A model generated the notes under the pieces. That model saw only the letters and a list, made by a program, of their open reading frames with translations, searched no databases and was not told the origin of the DNA. From positions 1,632,001 through 1,696,000 of the forward strand of contig OZ247587.1 in NCBI GenBank assembly GCA_965233865.1: 64,000 bases of DNA, written 5' to 3'. Made by a program: the position numbers and the translations under genes. Of the stretch, positions 47,177 to 58,060 are shown in pieces; the first letter of the stretch is position 1, and the number at the start of each line of letters is the position of its first letter. The DNA comes from Candidatus Neptunichlamydia sp. (lineage in GTDB: Bacteria; Chlamydiota; Chlamydiia; Chlamydiales; Simkaniaceae).

Positions 47177-48268
47177 TCATTGTTTGAGTGCAACCCCTTC
47201 AGGGATATGCAATGTGGTTGTGGGGAAAGCGCACTCTGCTCCGTGGCTTTCAATAATTTCAATTGTTTTCAAATAGATATCCTGTTGAACGAGCATGTAA
47301 TCGGCTGACTTAGTTGCCTTTGTAAAACAATAGATTAAGAAATTTAGTGACGAAGGACCGAATTCATCGAAGCGAACCATCATAAAAGTTTTTTCATCGA
47401 TTCCTTCATGGTTTCGGATCATTTCCTCCACTTCGGCAACGATCTTCGATACATTTTTAGCATCGTCATAGCGAACACCTACCCGTGTTTTAATGCGCCT
47501 ATGCGACATTCGAGAGGAATTTACGACAGAGATTGTTGAGAACACTCCATTTGGAACATAAATAGGGCGCCTTTCAAACGTTCGAATGCGTGTAAGTCGC
47601 CATCCAATATTTTCGACATATCCTTCAATCTCTCTATCTGGGGATTTGATCGAATCTCCAACAGAAAAGGGGCGGTCCATGTAGATCATAAGGCCTCCAA
47701 AAAAATTTGCTAAGAGGTCCTTTGCTGCCAAACCGACGATCAAACCTCCCGCACCACCAAAGGCTAGGACTGCGGAAATATTGACATTTCGCGTTTGTAA
47801 ATAGACTAGTGCAGCAATCATCACTGCAGCAACTCTTGAAATCTGGCAAATTGCGCGTACAGTTGTTTTGTCGTACCGTTTTTTTTTCGACCGCTGCTCG
47901 CGCGTGTAATCGGTCTCCATATTCTTGATAAACCTTAAGGTAAACCAGAGGCCAACAACAACAAAACTAAAGTTTCGGAACGGTTTAAACAGATCAACGA
48001 GACTGTCCTTCTCAAAATGAAAAGCCAATAGCTGCACAGAGAAAGTGAGACCTAACACCCAGATGATAATTTTAAGAGGACGGATTAAAGCATTTATTAA
48101 TGCCGAATCCCATGTTAAATGAGTTTTTTCTAGCCTAGGATAGATCCGCTTATAGAACCGGCTAACGACAAAATGGGCAGTGAGGGTTAGGGCGATAATA
48201 ATCACAATTGGAATGAGCCATCCTCGGTGTAGGAATATATCCGTGATCTCCGTTGCCTGTTCCCTCAT
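47177..48268 (-). CDS. Small-conductance mechanosensitive channel (MscS/YnaI-like)
   Basis: GLAAKDLLANFFGG...DRPFSVGD, IGWRLTRIRT, and AFPTTTL. Confidence 0.92.
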   Translation of the reverse strand: MREQATEITDIFLHRGWLIPIVIIIALTLTAHFVVSRFYKRIYPRLEKTHLTWDSALINALIRPLKIIIWVLGLTFSVQLLAFHFEKDSLVDLFKPFRNFSFVVVGLWFTLRFIKNMETDYTREQRSKKKRYDKTTVRAICQISRVAAVMIAALVYLQTRNVNISAVLAFGGAGGLIVGLAAKDLLANFFGGLMIYMDRPFSVGDSIKSPDREIEGYVENIGWRLTRIRTFERRPIYVPNGVFSTISVVNSSRMSHRRIKTRVGVRYDDAKNVSKIVAEVEEMIRNHEGIDEKTFMMVRFDEFGPSSLNFLIYCFTKATKSADYMLVQQDIYLKTIEIIESHGAECAFPTTTLHIPEGVALKQ

Positions 48269-48270
48269 TA

Positions 48271-48597
48271 TTACTTCTTGAGGAGTTTTTCGAGCTCGCC
48301 CTGTTCATGTAGCTGTATGACAATATCACAGCCACCAATGAACTTCCCCTTGATATAAAGTTGAGGAAGGGTTGGCCAATTTGAATAGGTTTTAATTCCT
48401 TGACGAAGTTTATCATCTTCAAGAACATTACGTGCTTCAAAATCAATTCCAAACCCATTTAAGACCTCGACAACCTGTCCAGAAAAACCACAGAGAGGCA
48501 TGAGCTTCGAACCTTTCATAAACAAAACTACAGGGTGCGCCTCAACATCTTTTTTAATTATTTCTTGCATTGTACTCACGGTTTTATCTTCTCCCAT
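48271..48597 (-). CDS. grxD: Monothiol glutaredoxin Grx4
   Basis: LFMKG...CGFS, SNWPTLPQLY, and GGCDI. Confidence 0.94.
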   Translation of the reverse strand: MGEDKTVSTMQEIIKKDVEAHPVVLFMKGSKLMPLCGFSGQVVEVLNGFGIDFEARNVLEDDKLRQGIKTYSNWPTLPQLYIKGKFIGGCDIVIQLHEQGELEKLLKK

Positions 48598-48827
48598 TCA
48601 TCGGGGGTGTATGTTTTCAAGCTCATTGCATGGAGCGACGAACCAAACAGCTCAGTTAAGGATCCCATCACGAGGCGTTGCTGCTCGATCAAGCTCTTCC
48701 CTGCAAACTGGGCTGCTATGACTATAGCGTCAAAATGGAGGCCATCTCCTCGAGGATTTTTAAGTTCTATAGTTGCGCCATCAAGAGTGTCTAAGATCGC
48801 GTTTTCAATTTCAGTTGCTTCTATCAT
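48576..48827 (-). CDS. BolA/IbaG family protein
   Basis: GDGLHF...F.GKS..EQQRLV...LHAMSLKTYTP; adjacent to grxD. Confidence 0.9.
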   Translation of the reverse strand: MIEATEIENAILDTLDGATIELKNPRGDGLHFDAIVIAAQFAGKSLIEQQRLVMGSLTELFGSSLHAMSLKTYTPDEWEKIKP

Positions 48828-48892
48828 ATGGCCAGCATTATACCGCATAACGATAAACTAGTGCAAGTCGTATTAAGTTTTCCTTCGACTAT

Positions 48893-49040
48893 TCAATTCT
48901 TTTTTGTGAGAGATAAGGTTGGATCAAACCGGGATAGCTCTAGAATAAAGAGCCCTTTTTCTGCCAAGCCGCCTATGACAGCCGCCATAATTCCGGTCTG
49001 GTCACTACAAAATTAAGTTGAGAGTGTATTGGTTTTTTCC
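48893..49040 (-). pseudogene. Possible remnant of a PurU-type ACT domain
   Basis: QYTL / CSDQTGIMAAVIGGLAEKGLFILELSRFD resembles the formyltetrahydrofolate deformylase N-terminus. Confidence 0.45.
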
Positions 49041-49053
49041 GTTGCGTAACAGT

Positions 49054-49512
49054 CTAACATGCTCCTAATTTTCTGATGAAAGTGAATTCTGCTTTTGTGG
49101 CTCTTTGAACAGAGAGGCGTGACCCTTTTTGGAGTAAAACCATTGTTTCAAGTTCTGGATAGCCCCTGAGTGCTTCTAGGGGAATTAGTCGGGGGAATTT
49201 TTCGATAAATTCTATATCAACCATCATCCACCGAGGGTTATCGGGGCTTGATTTTGGATCAAAATATTTACTTTTTGGGTCCCAAGCAAAAAAATCAGGA
49301 TGAGCTTCTCTACAGACCCTTGCAACTCCCACCACTCCAGGGGGTGTTGCATTCGAGTGATAGAAAAGGGCTAAATCACCCACCTTCATTTCATCTCGCA
49401 TAAAGTTGCGCGCTTGATAATTACGCACTCCCTCCCAATGATCTTGTTTCAACCTCTTTAGGTCATCAATGGAGTAGGTTGTGGGTTCACTTTTGATTAG
49501 CCAATATTGCAT
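49054..49512 (-). CDS. EVE domain protein
   Basis: YWLIKSEP, WEGVRNYQARNFMR, FYHSN, and SRLSVQ. Confidence 0.93.
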   Translation of the reverse strand: MQYWLIKSEPTTYSIDDLKRLKQDHWEGVRNYQARNFMRDEMKVGDLALFYHSNATPPGVVGVARVCREAHPDFFAWDPKSKYFDPKSSPDNPRWMMVDIEFIEKFPRLIPLEALRGYPELETMVLLQKGSRLSVQRATKAEFTFIRKLGAC

Positions 49513-49742
49513 CTTGAATCTCCGGTTGTCTAATAAGCTGCCCTTTTATTCCGAATATGATGTACTGGAAATCTTTAAGGTACGTCTTTCTGGTTTTTTG
49601 TCAATACGTGGACAGAATTTTAGCAAAGGAAAGATTTTCCTCCCAGGAATATCAGCCCGCATTTGAAAAGCTAACTTCGGCCAGTGGAAGAAAAGGGGTT
49701 GAGGAATATGCCAATAAACCTTTTAATGGGTGCTTGAAATGA

Positions 49743-50732
49743 ATGGAGAAAGTACCGATGGTTAAGCGGATTGCAGTAACTGGTGGCGGTGGGCAAATTG
49801 CCTATAGTCTCCTCTTTCGAATTGCGAGTGGAGAGCTCTTTGGAAAAGATGAACCAATTGCTCTAAATGTCTTGGAGGTTCCTCAAGGAATCGAATCCCT
49901 CAAAGGGGTTGTCATGGAGCTGGAAGATTGCGGTTTTCCTCATCTCAAAGAGGTGAAAATAGGAAGCGATCCTGGAGAAGTGTTTGGAGACGTCAATGTT
50001 GCTATTCTAGTGGGATCTAAACCCCGAGGACCTGGAATGGAGCGAAAAGATCTGCTGAAGGAAAACGGAGAAATCTTTGTCGGACAAGGCAAGGCACTTA
50101 ACGATGTTGCAGCAAAGAATGTAACTGTTTTTGTTGTGGGAAATCCGTGCAACACGAATTGTCTTATTACGATGCACAATGCTCCAAATATTCCTCGGAG
50201 TCAGTTTCATGCAATGACTAGACTAGACCAAAACCGTGCTCAGTATCAACTCGCCAAAAAAGCCGGGGTGAACGTTAACAAAGTTGAAGATGTTGTGATT
50301 TGGGGAAATCATTCTGCAACGCAAGTTCCTGACTTTGTCAATGCTAGAATTGACAAAAAAAAGGCAGAGGATGTTATTAATGATCGCCCATGGCTTGAAG
50401 GGGAGTTTATGCAAACAGTGCAAAAGAGGGGAGCCTCGGTTATTGCTGCTCGTGGAAAATCATCTGCTGCATCTGCTGCCAATGCTATTTTAGATGGGGT
50501 GCATGCTATTTTTAATCCGGGGCCGACCTTTTCTTCTTGCATATGTTCAGATGGAAATCCCTATGGAGTTCAGGAAGGGTTGATCTTCTCCTTCCCTTGC
50601 GCTATGACGAGTCCTGGACAAGTTAAAGTTGTTGATGGGTTTGAAAGAGACTCTTTTCTAAAGGAGAAGATATCCCTGACGGAAAAAGAATTGTTAGAAG
50701 AAAGAGATGCTGTTAGCCATCTCCTCAAATAA
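49743..50732 (+). CDS. mdh: Malate dehydrogenase
   Basis: [38 protein letters not shown], and SSAASAA. Confidence 0.95.
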   Translation: MEKVPMVKRIAVTGGGGQIAYSLLFRIASGELFGKDEPIALNVLEVPQGIESLKGVVMELEDCGFPHLKEVKIGSDPGEVFGDVNVAILVGSKPRGPGMERKDLLKENGEIFVGQGKALNDVAAKNVTVFVVGNPCNTNCLITMHNAPNIPRSQFHAMTRLDQNRAQYQLAKKAGVNVNKVEDVVIWGNHSATQVPDFVNARIDKKKAEDVINDRPWLEGEFMQTVQKRGASVIAARGKSSAASAANAILDGVHAIFNPGPTFSSCICSDGNPYGVQEGLIFSFPCAMTSPGQVKVVDGFERDSFLKEKISLTEKELLEERDAVSHLLK

Positions 50733-50741
50733 GGTGAAGTT

Positions 50742-51890
50742 ATGGACGATGTCCTTTTTCAGGTGACCAAAGATCAACTCGAAACCGGGATGCGGGGATA
50801 TCCAGTAGGGTATTGCACCACATCTTCAGTCGATCCTTTCAAAGGGCTTTTCTACTGTGGACGCCCCATTTCTGAACTCTATAAATGGGAGCCAGAGCGT
50901 GTTCTATATCTTCTATTGCACGGAAAAGAGGGAAGTTCCTCCGATATTTCAACCTTTAGTGGAGAGCTAAAAAATAGGGCATATTGTTCGAGCGCTGTGA
51001 TTAAACATATTGAATCCCTTCCAAGGCAAGGGCATCCTATGAAGCTCTTCAACGCAGCTCTGCTTGTTCTTGGGATGCTCGAAGGGCAAGGGAACTATAA
51101 GGAGGATTGCATGAATCTTATTGCAAAGCTTCCTCATCTAGTTGCTACTGTGATCAATTATCATGCTGGCTGGGGAGAAACGCCCCCTCCAAGTAGCGAT
51201 TTGGGCTATATGGAAAACTTTACACACATGCTTAATGTCCCAAATAGCGATGAAACGCATTTAGCAGAAGTCTTCCGTCTTTTCAATATTCTTCATTACG
51301 ATCATGGGGGTGGAAACCTTTCCTGTTTTGTGGGGAAGGCTATAGCCTCTGGGCTGGAAGAAATGTATGGATCGATTTGCGGGGCAATGTGCGCTCTTGC
51401 GGGTCCCCGTCACGGAAAGGCAAACCAAGATTGTTTGACCTTTGTACACACCGTTCTTGATGAGGTAGGAGGAGATGCTTCAGCCTCTGATGTGGAGAAT
51501 CTGATTCGAAAAAGACTTGAAGCTGAAGAACTTGTTTTTGGATTTGGCCATGCTGTTCTCCGCGCCGAAGATGCAAGGGCGACAATTTTCTACGATTATG
51601 CTCAGTCGCATTTTGCTGATCATCCTCTTGTGAAGGTCGCAATGCTTCTTCGAACAGAAGGGACCAAAGTCTTGAAGGAAAATCCCAAGATATCGAATCC
51701 CTATCCCAATGTTGACGCGATGTCAGGAACAATCCTCACCGCAGCTGGTTTCCCCTATCCTGAGTATTATACCGTACTTTTCGGCTTGTCACGCTCAGTT
51801 GGAATTGCTATTCAGACTGTTTACGAAAGATTAGAGGCTAGAGGTGGTAAGGGAACTCCTATCGTTCGACCTCGCTACCTATATAAATAA
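50742..51890 (+). CDS. gltA: Citrate synthase
   Basis: HYDHGGGNLS, LAGPRHGKAN, GFGHAVLR, and YPNVDA. Confidence 0.92.
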   Translation: MDDVLFQVTKDQLETGMRGYPVGYCTTSSVDPFKGLFYCGRPISELYKWEPERVLYLLLHGKEGSSSDISTFSGELKNRAYCSSAVIKHIESLPRQGHPMKLFNAALLVLGMLEGQGNYKEDCMNLIAKLPHLVATVINYHAGWGETPPPSSDLGYMENFTHMLNVPNSDETHLAEVFRLFNILHYDHGGGNLSCFVGKAIASGLEEMYGSICGAMCALAGPRHGKANQDCLTFVHTVLDEVGGDASASDVENLIRKRLEAEELVFGFGHAVLRAEDARATIFYDYAQSHFADHPLVKVAMLLRTEGTKVLKENPKISNPYPNVDAMSGTILTAAGFPYPEYYTVLFGLSRSVGIAIQTVYERLEARGGKGTPIVRPRYLYK

Positions 51891-52245
51891 CGTGATTAAC
51901 AGAGCAAATTTGGCAGAGAATTCAACCCTTGCTCCCAAGTGAAACAGGAGAAAGTGTTTACTCAAAGAGCGTTATAATTTAACTTAAGGTGTTTATTATT
52001 TATGAGTTAAGTCAAAACTTTCACATCTTGTCATATATGGATATTTTTTATCCTATAATTTCTGAAAATTCCTCTATGCAAATCGCTCCTACTTTTCTTT
52101 TAAAAGTTTTTGCCCATTCATTCTTTTGGTTAACACTCTCGATTTTTGAACAGGAAGGGATTTTGAGTCAACGTTCCTATTGCGAGTTTTAAGAAAGCCC
52201 GTTAGTTCTTATTTTTTTAAAACCTTAAATAAGAGGTTGACCCTG

Positions 52246-53679
52246 CTACCTTTCGAATAAATCCCTAAGGTCAACGATCCGATAAAAAAATGGGCTTTCT
52301 TCAACTTTTTGACTAACTCCTCCAATATGGAAAAGTGCAGATGCTTTTCCATATCCTCTAGTAACTGACAGCGCATGACATTTTTTCTCCATTTCTTGAA
52401 TAATAGACGCGTCCAATTCACTTCTTTTAAACTTGAATTCACAAAGGATAAGCGTATTCATCTTCGTTTGGATTAAGTAGTCAATTTGGCACCCTCTTTG
52501 TCTTGAGGTTTTTTTCTGAAAATAAGGATTGTCACAAACGACAATGTTAGGATCTATCCCCAACGCTTCAAAGATAAACTCCCTGTTTGATAGCAATAAA
52601 CTTTCTAGCTGAAAGCCCATAATAGTATCCCATCCAGGCAGCACTCCCTTGATAGTTTTTCTATATCCACTTTGATTAATCTTCTCCTGATTCGGAACAA
52701 TATATTTCAGGTGGAACCGGATGTAGCAATCACTGAGTCGATAGAGTTTTTGTCTGCCAATTTTTTTGCTATCCAAGGACCACTGATAATGCTCAGTAAT
52801 AAATCCAGCAGATACCAAGTGAGATAGATATTTGCTAATTGTCCCGCCTCTCCCAAGTTCAAGAAGTTCTCGAATTTCTTTTTGAGTCCGCATCCCGTCT
52901 ACCAGCAGTTCCAAAATGCTTCTATATAATTTCCCTCTATTATCAAAAAGGTCATAAAAAATTGTTTGGAACTCATTAAGCAATTTGCTTGAAGGAGCAA
53001 AACAAATTTCGTAAATATTTTCTTCTGCTGTCTCTTTGATGTTAATGAGATCCAAATACCAGGGAACGCCACCTGTAACTGAAAGAATTTTAAATGCCTC
53101 ATAAATAGACCCTTTGAACCCTTTTTCTTTCAGAAATTGGATTGATTCAAGTAAGGAGAGGGGATGAAGATGAATGACTAATGCAATCCGCCCTACAAAC
53201 CCCGTGCTGCAAAGAATGTTCTCTTCAATCCAAGTGGAAACCGAGCTACAAAGGATCAGAATAAGTCGTTTCTTTTGACTCCCATACTGATCCCACCAGG
53301 TCTTTAACGAACCTAAAAAGCTCGAATCCAGTTCTCCCATCCAGGAAATCTCATCTAAAAGAACGACTATCTCTTTATCAGGAATTTGCTTTCCTAGAAA
53401 CCTGAAGGCGTCTAACCAAGTAAGAAAGGTCACTTTCGGTAGGTTTAATTGTGTGCATAACTGGTCTGCAAATTCATCACGCTGTTTTTGAGCAGTCACC
53501 CCTGGAGCTGGAGGATTTCCAGAAATGGATATAAAATCCTTCCCTTTCGAAAACTCCTTGACGAGAGTACTTTTACCAACCCTACGCCTTCCTTTAATCA
53601 CTGCAAGGGTTGATTTATTCAGCTCCTTTAGACGCCCTAGGCGTTTTATTTCCTTTTTTCTTCCTACAAAGATGTTCAT
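52246..53679 (-). CDS. AAA+ ATPase (archaeal-ATPase type) with winged helix and a C-terminal PD-(D/E)xK-like domain
   Basis: FVGRKKE, GRRRVGKS, LDEISW, TGGVPWYL, and QIDYLI...CEFKF. GGAGA RBS precedes ATG 53679. Confidence 0.85.
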   Translation of the reverse strand: MNIFVGRKKEIKRLGRLKELNKSTLAVIKGRRRVGKSTLVKEFSKGKDFISISGNPPAPGVTAQKQRDEFADQLCTQLNLPKVTFLTWLDAFRFLGKQIPDKEIVVLLDEISWMGELDSSFLGSLKTWWDQYGSQKKRLILILCSSVSTWIEENILCSTGFVGRIALVIHLHPLSLLESIQFLKEKGFKGSIYEAFKILSVTGGVPWYLDLINIKETAEENIYEICFAPSSKLLNEFQTIFYDLFDNRGKLYRSILELLVDGMRTQKEIRELLELGRGGTISKYLSHLVSAGFITEHYQWSLDSKKIGRQKLYRLSDCYIRFHLKYIVPNQEKINQSGYRKTIKGVLPGWDTIMGFQLESLLLSNREFIFEALGIDPNIVVCDNPYFQKKTSRQRGCQIDYLIQTKMNTLILCEFKFKRSELDASIIQEMEKKCHALSVTRGYGKASALFHIGGVSQKVEESPFFYRIVDLRDLFER

Positions 53680-54181
53680 ATTAAATCTCCCATATCTTGT
53701 TATTGTAGAGTTTGGGAGCTTTAATACCAATCAAAACTTCTCTCATATTACGCAATTACAAGTTTGGGGAGACTTCTCAAATCGTTTATTTTAAACTGAT
53801 TAACCAAAACAAGTCCAAAGAAGTATAGGAAATTCTACGCGTATCAGGCATATTTAAAATTATTTCAATAAACATCTTTACATCTCGGGCGTTTGCACCC
53901 AAGATATCATCAATTTGTCCTTTGAATTCCTCCCTAAAAGACAATGTTTTTGACGACTTGAAACGTCTTGGTAGCATGGAATTTCTAGGCTTATAGAAGT
54001 TTACCGGCATCTTCAAAAATCCAAAGCCTTGGGATACTTGAGTTTCATGATCTACGATAATTCTAATTGATACGGGGGATCTTTTTGTCGACAACCCTTT
54101 TCCTAACTGGGCTGTTGCCTCGCTTGCTGACGCTAGAACCTTGGGTTTGAATTATTCTTTTGAGTCTGCTAGAGTGATCTC

Positions 54182-55009
54182 ATGACATTTGAAGACATTG
54201 AGTATATTTTTAATCGCGCTCTCCGCTTTTCTTTTTCGAAGAAAAAATTCCTCTTCATATTTCCCGTCTTGGTTGTATGTGGGCTCATGCTTGTCTTTTG
54301 CCGAGCCTTAGCAGTTAACGCTGGGCAATGGGTGGTCCTTAGTTTAACTTTTTTACCGGTATTTTTATCATCTGGGATACTTCTTGCAGCAGGTGTGGTT
54401 TTAGCGCGAGTATATCATCATGAAGTGAAGATGATTCCCCTCAGTCTTAAAAAGATTTTATCGCAATCATGGGAGCTTCTTATCGGCGTCTCATACTTGA
54501 CCCTTCCTCTTCTTTTGGCGTATTTGTTCCTTTGGATGGTGATGGGGGTCTTCTATTTGCTGAAAGAAATTCCTGCACTTGGAGATGTGCTTGGGGTGAT
54601 TTTGTCCTTTGGTCCTTTTTTGCTCGTTTTAGGTTCACTAGTTTTGTCCTTTTTTAATTTATTTTTGCTCTTTTTTGCGACGCCACATATTGCTTTAAAT
54701 TCGCGATTAAAATTAAAGCTTGCTGAGGATATTTATTATCGCTTCAAGGGAAATCTTTTTTCAAATCTTGCTCTCTTCTTGCTAGGGCTTGTTCCTCTCT
54801 TATTCGGAGTGGGAGTCCTCTCTCTTGCTGCCTTTTTAACAGGTGTCAACTTTTTTATCCGCACGGAGACACTGGCAATCGCTCTTCAATGGTTTTTTGT
54901 CATGATTCCCTTCTGCGCAATGCTTACTCCCGGAATTCTTTTCTTTTTTAATTTTGCTGTTGAGAGTTATGCTCTAATGCAGAAGAAATATCCTAAGATG
55001 ACTGCATGA
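54182..55009 (+). CDS. Multi-pass membrane protein, hypothetical
   Basis: About 6 TM segments; first gene of an overlapping operon. Confidence 0.75.
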   Translation: MTFEDIEYIFNRALRFSFSKKKFLFIFPVLVVCGLMLVFCRALAVNAGQWVVLSLTFLPVFLSSGILLAAGVVLARVYHHEVKMIPLSLKKILSQSWELLIGVSYLTLPLLLAYLFLWMVMGVFYLLKEIPALGDVLGVILSFGPFLLVLGSLVLSFFNLFLLFFATPHIALNSRLKLKLAEDIYYRFKGNLFSNLALFLLGLVPLLFGVGVLSLAAFLTGVNFFIRTETLAIALQWFFVMIPFCAMLTPGILFFFNFAVESYALMQKKYPKMTA

Positions 55010-55986
55010 AAAAGATTGCTATTATTGGCGCTGGCTTTTCTGGTCTAGGCGTTTGCTACCACCTCCAACAAATGGGTGGAAACATTACCGTTTTCGATGA
55101 GAAAGGAGTTGGAGGCGGCGCCTCTGGCATAGCCTCGGGATTACTCCATTCCTACCCTGGAGAAACAGCACGTCTTTCTTGGAAAGGCGAAGAAGGGCTT
55201 GCTGCAACAAGAAAACTCTTGAGGCTTGTGGGGACAGATGTTTACAGAGAGACGGGAATCTTAAGATTTGCGCTTACAGAGAAACAAGAAAAGGCTTTTA
55301 AAGAGCGGGCAGAAGAGCGAGAGGATATCGAATGGTGGGGTGCTGAAAAGTGCCACATATTTGCTCCAGGAAGCCATTATCTTCCTGGTATCTTTATTCG
55401 TTCTGGAATCACCGTTCACGCAAGTCTTTACTTAAAGGGGCTCTGGAAGGCATGTGAAGAGCAAGGAGCACGTCTTATAAAACAAAACGTTTCACTCTCC
55501 GATCTGAGGGAATTTGATCAAGTAGTTCTAGCTGCCGGAGGGGGGATTCGTGCATTTGAAGCCGGAAGGGCCCTTGGCCTGAGGTTTAATAAAGGGCAGA
55601 TTCTTGTGTGTCAAAAACCCAAGTACTGGAAAGAAAAATCAAGCGTTATTGGAAAAGGGTACCTTGCTATGAGTGAAAGAGAAGATAGGTGCTATCTAGG
55701 ATCGACATATGAACGGGACTACATGACGGAGCAGCCCTGCTTAGGAACTGCAACAGAGTTGATTTTGAAACAGATTGGGAAGTTTATTCCCTCGACTAGG
55801 GCTTTTAAAGTTGAAGGATGTCATGCGGATATCCGAGTATCAAACCGCAAAAGCTACCACCCTATTGCTCAAAAGCTGAATGAAAAACTTTTCGTCCTTA
55901 CAGCAATGGGTTCAAGGGGGCTCCTTTACCATAGTTATTTAGGAAAAGTTTTAGCAGAAACTATGATGGAAGAGGTGCTAGTTTGA
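55006..55986 (+). CDS. FAD-dependent oxidoreductase (DAO/MnmC-like)
   Basis: IIGAGFSG, GASGIASGLLH, KGQ, GSTYE, and MGSRGLL. Confidence 0.85.
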   Translation: MKKIAIIGAGFSGLGVCYHLQQMGGNITVFDEKGVGGGASGIASGLLHSYPGETARLSWKGEEGLAATRKLLRLVGTDVYRETGILRFALTEKQEKAFKERAEEREDIEWWGAEKCHIFAPGSHYLPGIFIRSGITVHASLYLKGLWKACEEQGARLIKQNVSLSDLREFDQVVLAAGGGIRAFEAGRALGLRFNKGQILVCQKPKYWKEKSSVIGKGYLAMSEREDRCYLGSTYERDYMTEQPCLGTATELILKQIGKFIPSTRAFKVEGCHADIRVSNRKSYHPIAQKLNEKLFVLTAMGSRGLLYHSYLGKVLAETMMEEVLV

Positions 55987-56744
55987 AACTTCTCTTTTTA
56001 GGATCAGGTGGGTCAATGGGGATTCCTGTGATCGGATGCTCATGTGAAACTTGCATCTCTTCAGAAAAAAAGAACAAGAGGTACCGTCCTTCAGTGCTTT
56101 TAACTTCGAGAGAGAAGCGATTTTTAGTAGACATCGGTCCTGATTATCACTCCCAAGCGTTAAAGTACGGAATCGACACGCTTGATGGTTTGATTGTAAC
56201 CCATTCCCATTATGACCACATCGCAGGGCTTGATGAGCTTCGGATCTACACATTTCGGCAAAAAAAGCCTGTTCCCTGCCTGCTTTCTCGAGAAACCTAT
56301 GAAGAACTAAAAATCCGTTATCACTATTTTTTACCTAAAGATTCTGTTCACGATACAAAACTTAAGTTCTCGATTCTCCATAAGGAGAGTGGGGAAATAA
56401 TGTTTGAAGGGTTGAAGGTGGAATATTTTTCTTATGTTCAGATAGGAATGAAGGTGAATGGATTCCGCTTTAACAACCTTGCCTATGTCACCGACATTAT
56501 GGAATATGACGAGTCAATTTTTGATTCCTTAAAAGGGTTGGACACACTAGTATTGAGTGGAAGGCGATGGGAAAAATCGGTTGCACACTTAAGCATCGAT
56601 GAAGGAATCGACTTTGCAAAAAAAACAGGTGCAAAAAAGACATATTTTACGCATATTTCTCATGAAATAGAACATGAAAAAGACTCCAAGGGTCTTCCTG
56701 AAGGTTTTTTTCTTGCATATGATGGACTTGAAATCAATTTATGA
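55983..56744 (+). CDS. MBL-fold metallo-hydrolase (PhnP-like)
   Basis: GIPVIGCSCETC, THSHYDHIAGLDELR, THISH, and AYDGL. Confidence 0.9.
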   Translation: MKLLFLGSGGSMGIPVIGCSCETCISSEKKNKRYRPSVLLTSREKRFLVDIGPDYHSQALKYGIDTLDGLIVTHSHYDHIAGLDELRIYTFRQKKPVPCLLSRETYEELKIRYHYFLPKDSVHDTKLKFSILHKESGEIMFEGLKVEYFSYVQIGMKVNGFRFNNLAYVTDIMEYDESIFDSLKGLDTLVLSGRRWEKSVAHLSIDEGIDFAKKTGAKKTYFTHISHEIEHEKDSKGLPEGFFLAYDGLEINL

Positions 56745-58060
56745 AAGAAGACAAACTCTACGAAGATATTAAGTATGAAATTAGCGATCTAAAAACGGCT
56801 CTGGTTGCGGGCGGTTATGATCGAGCACGAGATCTCCCCCTTTGTAAAGAGCATCTTGATGAGCTTGCGTCTCTTGCTTATACCTACGGTTTTGAAGTTG
56901 TAGGGAATGAACCCTGTTCGATCCGATCTATTGATGCCGCCCTTTTTTTTGGAAAAGGCAAAGTTGAAGAACTTCGAGTAAAAGCAGAAGAGCTAAGTGC
57001 TGACGTGGTGATATTTGATAATGAAATTTCCCCCAATCAACAACGAAACCTCGAAAGGCTCTTCAAAAAGCCTGTGATTGATCGGACAGAACTTATTTTA
57101 GAGATTTTTTCTCAAAGAGCTCAAACAAAAGAGGCGATGCTGCAGGTGGAGCTTGCACGAAGTCAATACCAACTCCCAAGGCTTAAACGACTGTGGACTC
57201 ATCTTTCTAGACAATCCTCTGGTGGCGGTGGTTTTCTAAAGGGGGAAGGAGAGAGACAGATTGAGTTAGATAGGCGTCTTGTTCGGAAGAGGATCACGCG
57301 TCTCAGAAAGGAAATTGAAGAAGTACGCTACCAGCGTGAAGTGCAGCGCCGCGCGCGAAATCGTTCTGGGGTTCCTACCTTTTCTATTATTGGATATACA
57401 AATGTAGGAAAATCCACCCTTCTGCGTGCTCTTACGGATGCAGAAGTTCTCGTGGAGGATAAACTTTTTGCGACACTTGATACAACAACTCGAAAGTTTT
57501 CTCTTCCAAACCATCAAGATGTGCTGTTGATTGATACCGTTGGGTTCATTAGAAAGATTCCTCATGCCCTTGTTGCTGCCTTTAAAAGTACTCTTGAAGA
57601 AGCAGTTTTTGCTGATATCTTACTTCACCTCATCGATGTAAACCATCCTCTTGCGGAGGAGCATGCGGAGTCTACTTACGAGGTTCTAAAAGAACTGAGC
57701 ACTGAAAAAAAACCGATCATCACTGTTTTAAATAAAGTTGATGCTCTTGAAAACAAAGCGCTTATTGCCCGCTTTAAACTAAAGTATCCCCGTGTGGTTG
57801 CGATCTCAGCACTCGTAGGAGAGGGGTTTGATGAACTCTTGCAGATGATGATGGGCGTTCTCAAAGATTTGCGGAAAGTTGTGAGCCTTCGTATTCCTCA
57901 AAAAGACTACGCTCTTGTTAGCGAACTTATGCAAGAAGGAAGACTCATTCATCGAGACTATGATGGGAATGATGTGCTTATCGAAATTGAAATTCCTGCT
58001 CATCTAGAGCATAAAGTAAGGGAATATATCGAGGATGACAGCACTTGCTCAAATTCCTAA
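56741..58060 (+). CDS. hflX: GTPase HflX
   Basis: GYTNVGKSTL, LFATLDTTTR, DTVGFI, and NKVD. Confidence 0.96.
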   Translation: MKEDKLYEDIKYEISDLKTALVAGGYDRARDLPLCKEHLDELASLAYTYGFEVVGNEPCSIRSIDAALFFGKGKVEELRVKAEELSADVVIFDNEISPNQQRNLERLFKKPVIDRTELILEIFSQRAQTKEAMLQVELARSQYQLPRLKRLWTHLSRQSSGGGGFLKGEGERQIELDRRLVRKRITRLRKEIEEVRYQREVQRRARNRSGVPTFSIIGYTNVGKSTLLRALTDAEVLVEDKLFATLDTTTRKFSLPNHQDVLLIDTVGFIRKIPHALVAAFKSTLEEAVFADILLHLIDVNHPLAEEHAESTYEVLKELSTEKKPIITVLNKVDALENKALIARFKLKYPRVVAISALVGEGFDELLQMMMGVLKDLRKVVSLRIPQKDYALVSELMQEGRLIHRDYDGNDVLIEIEIPAHLEHKVREYIEDDSTCSNS

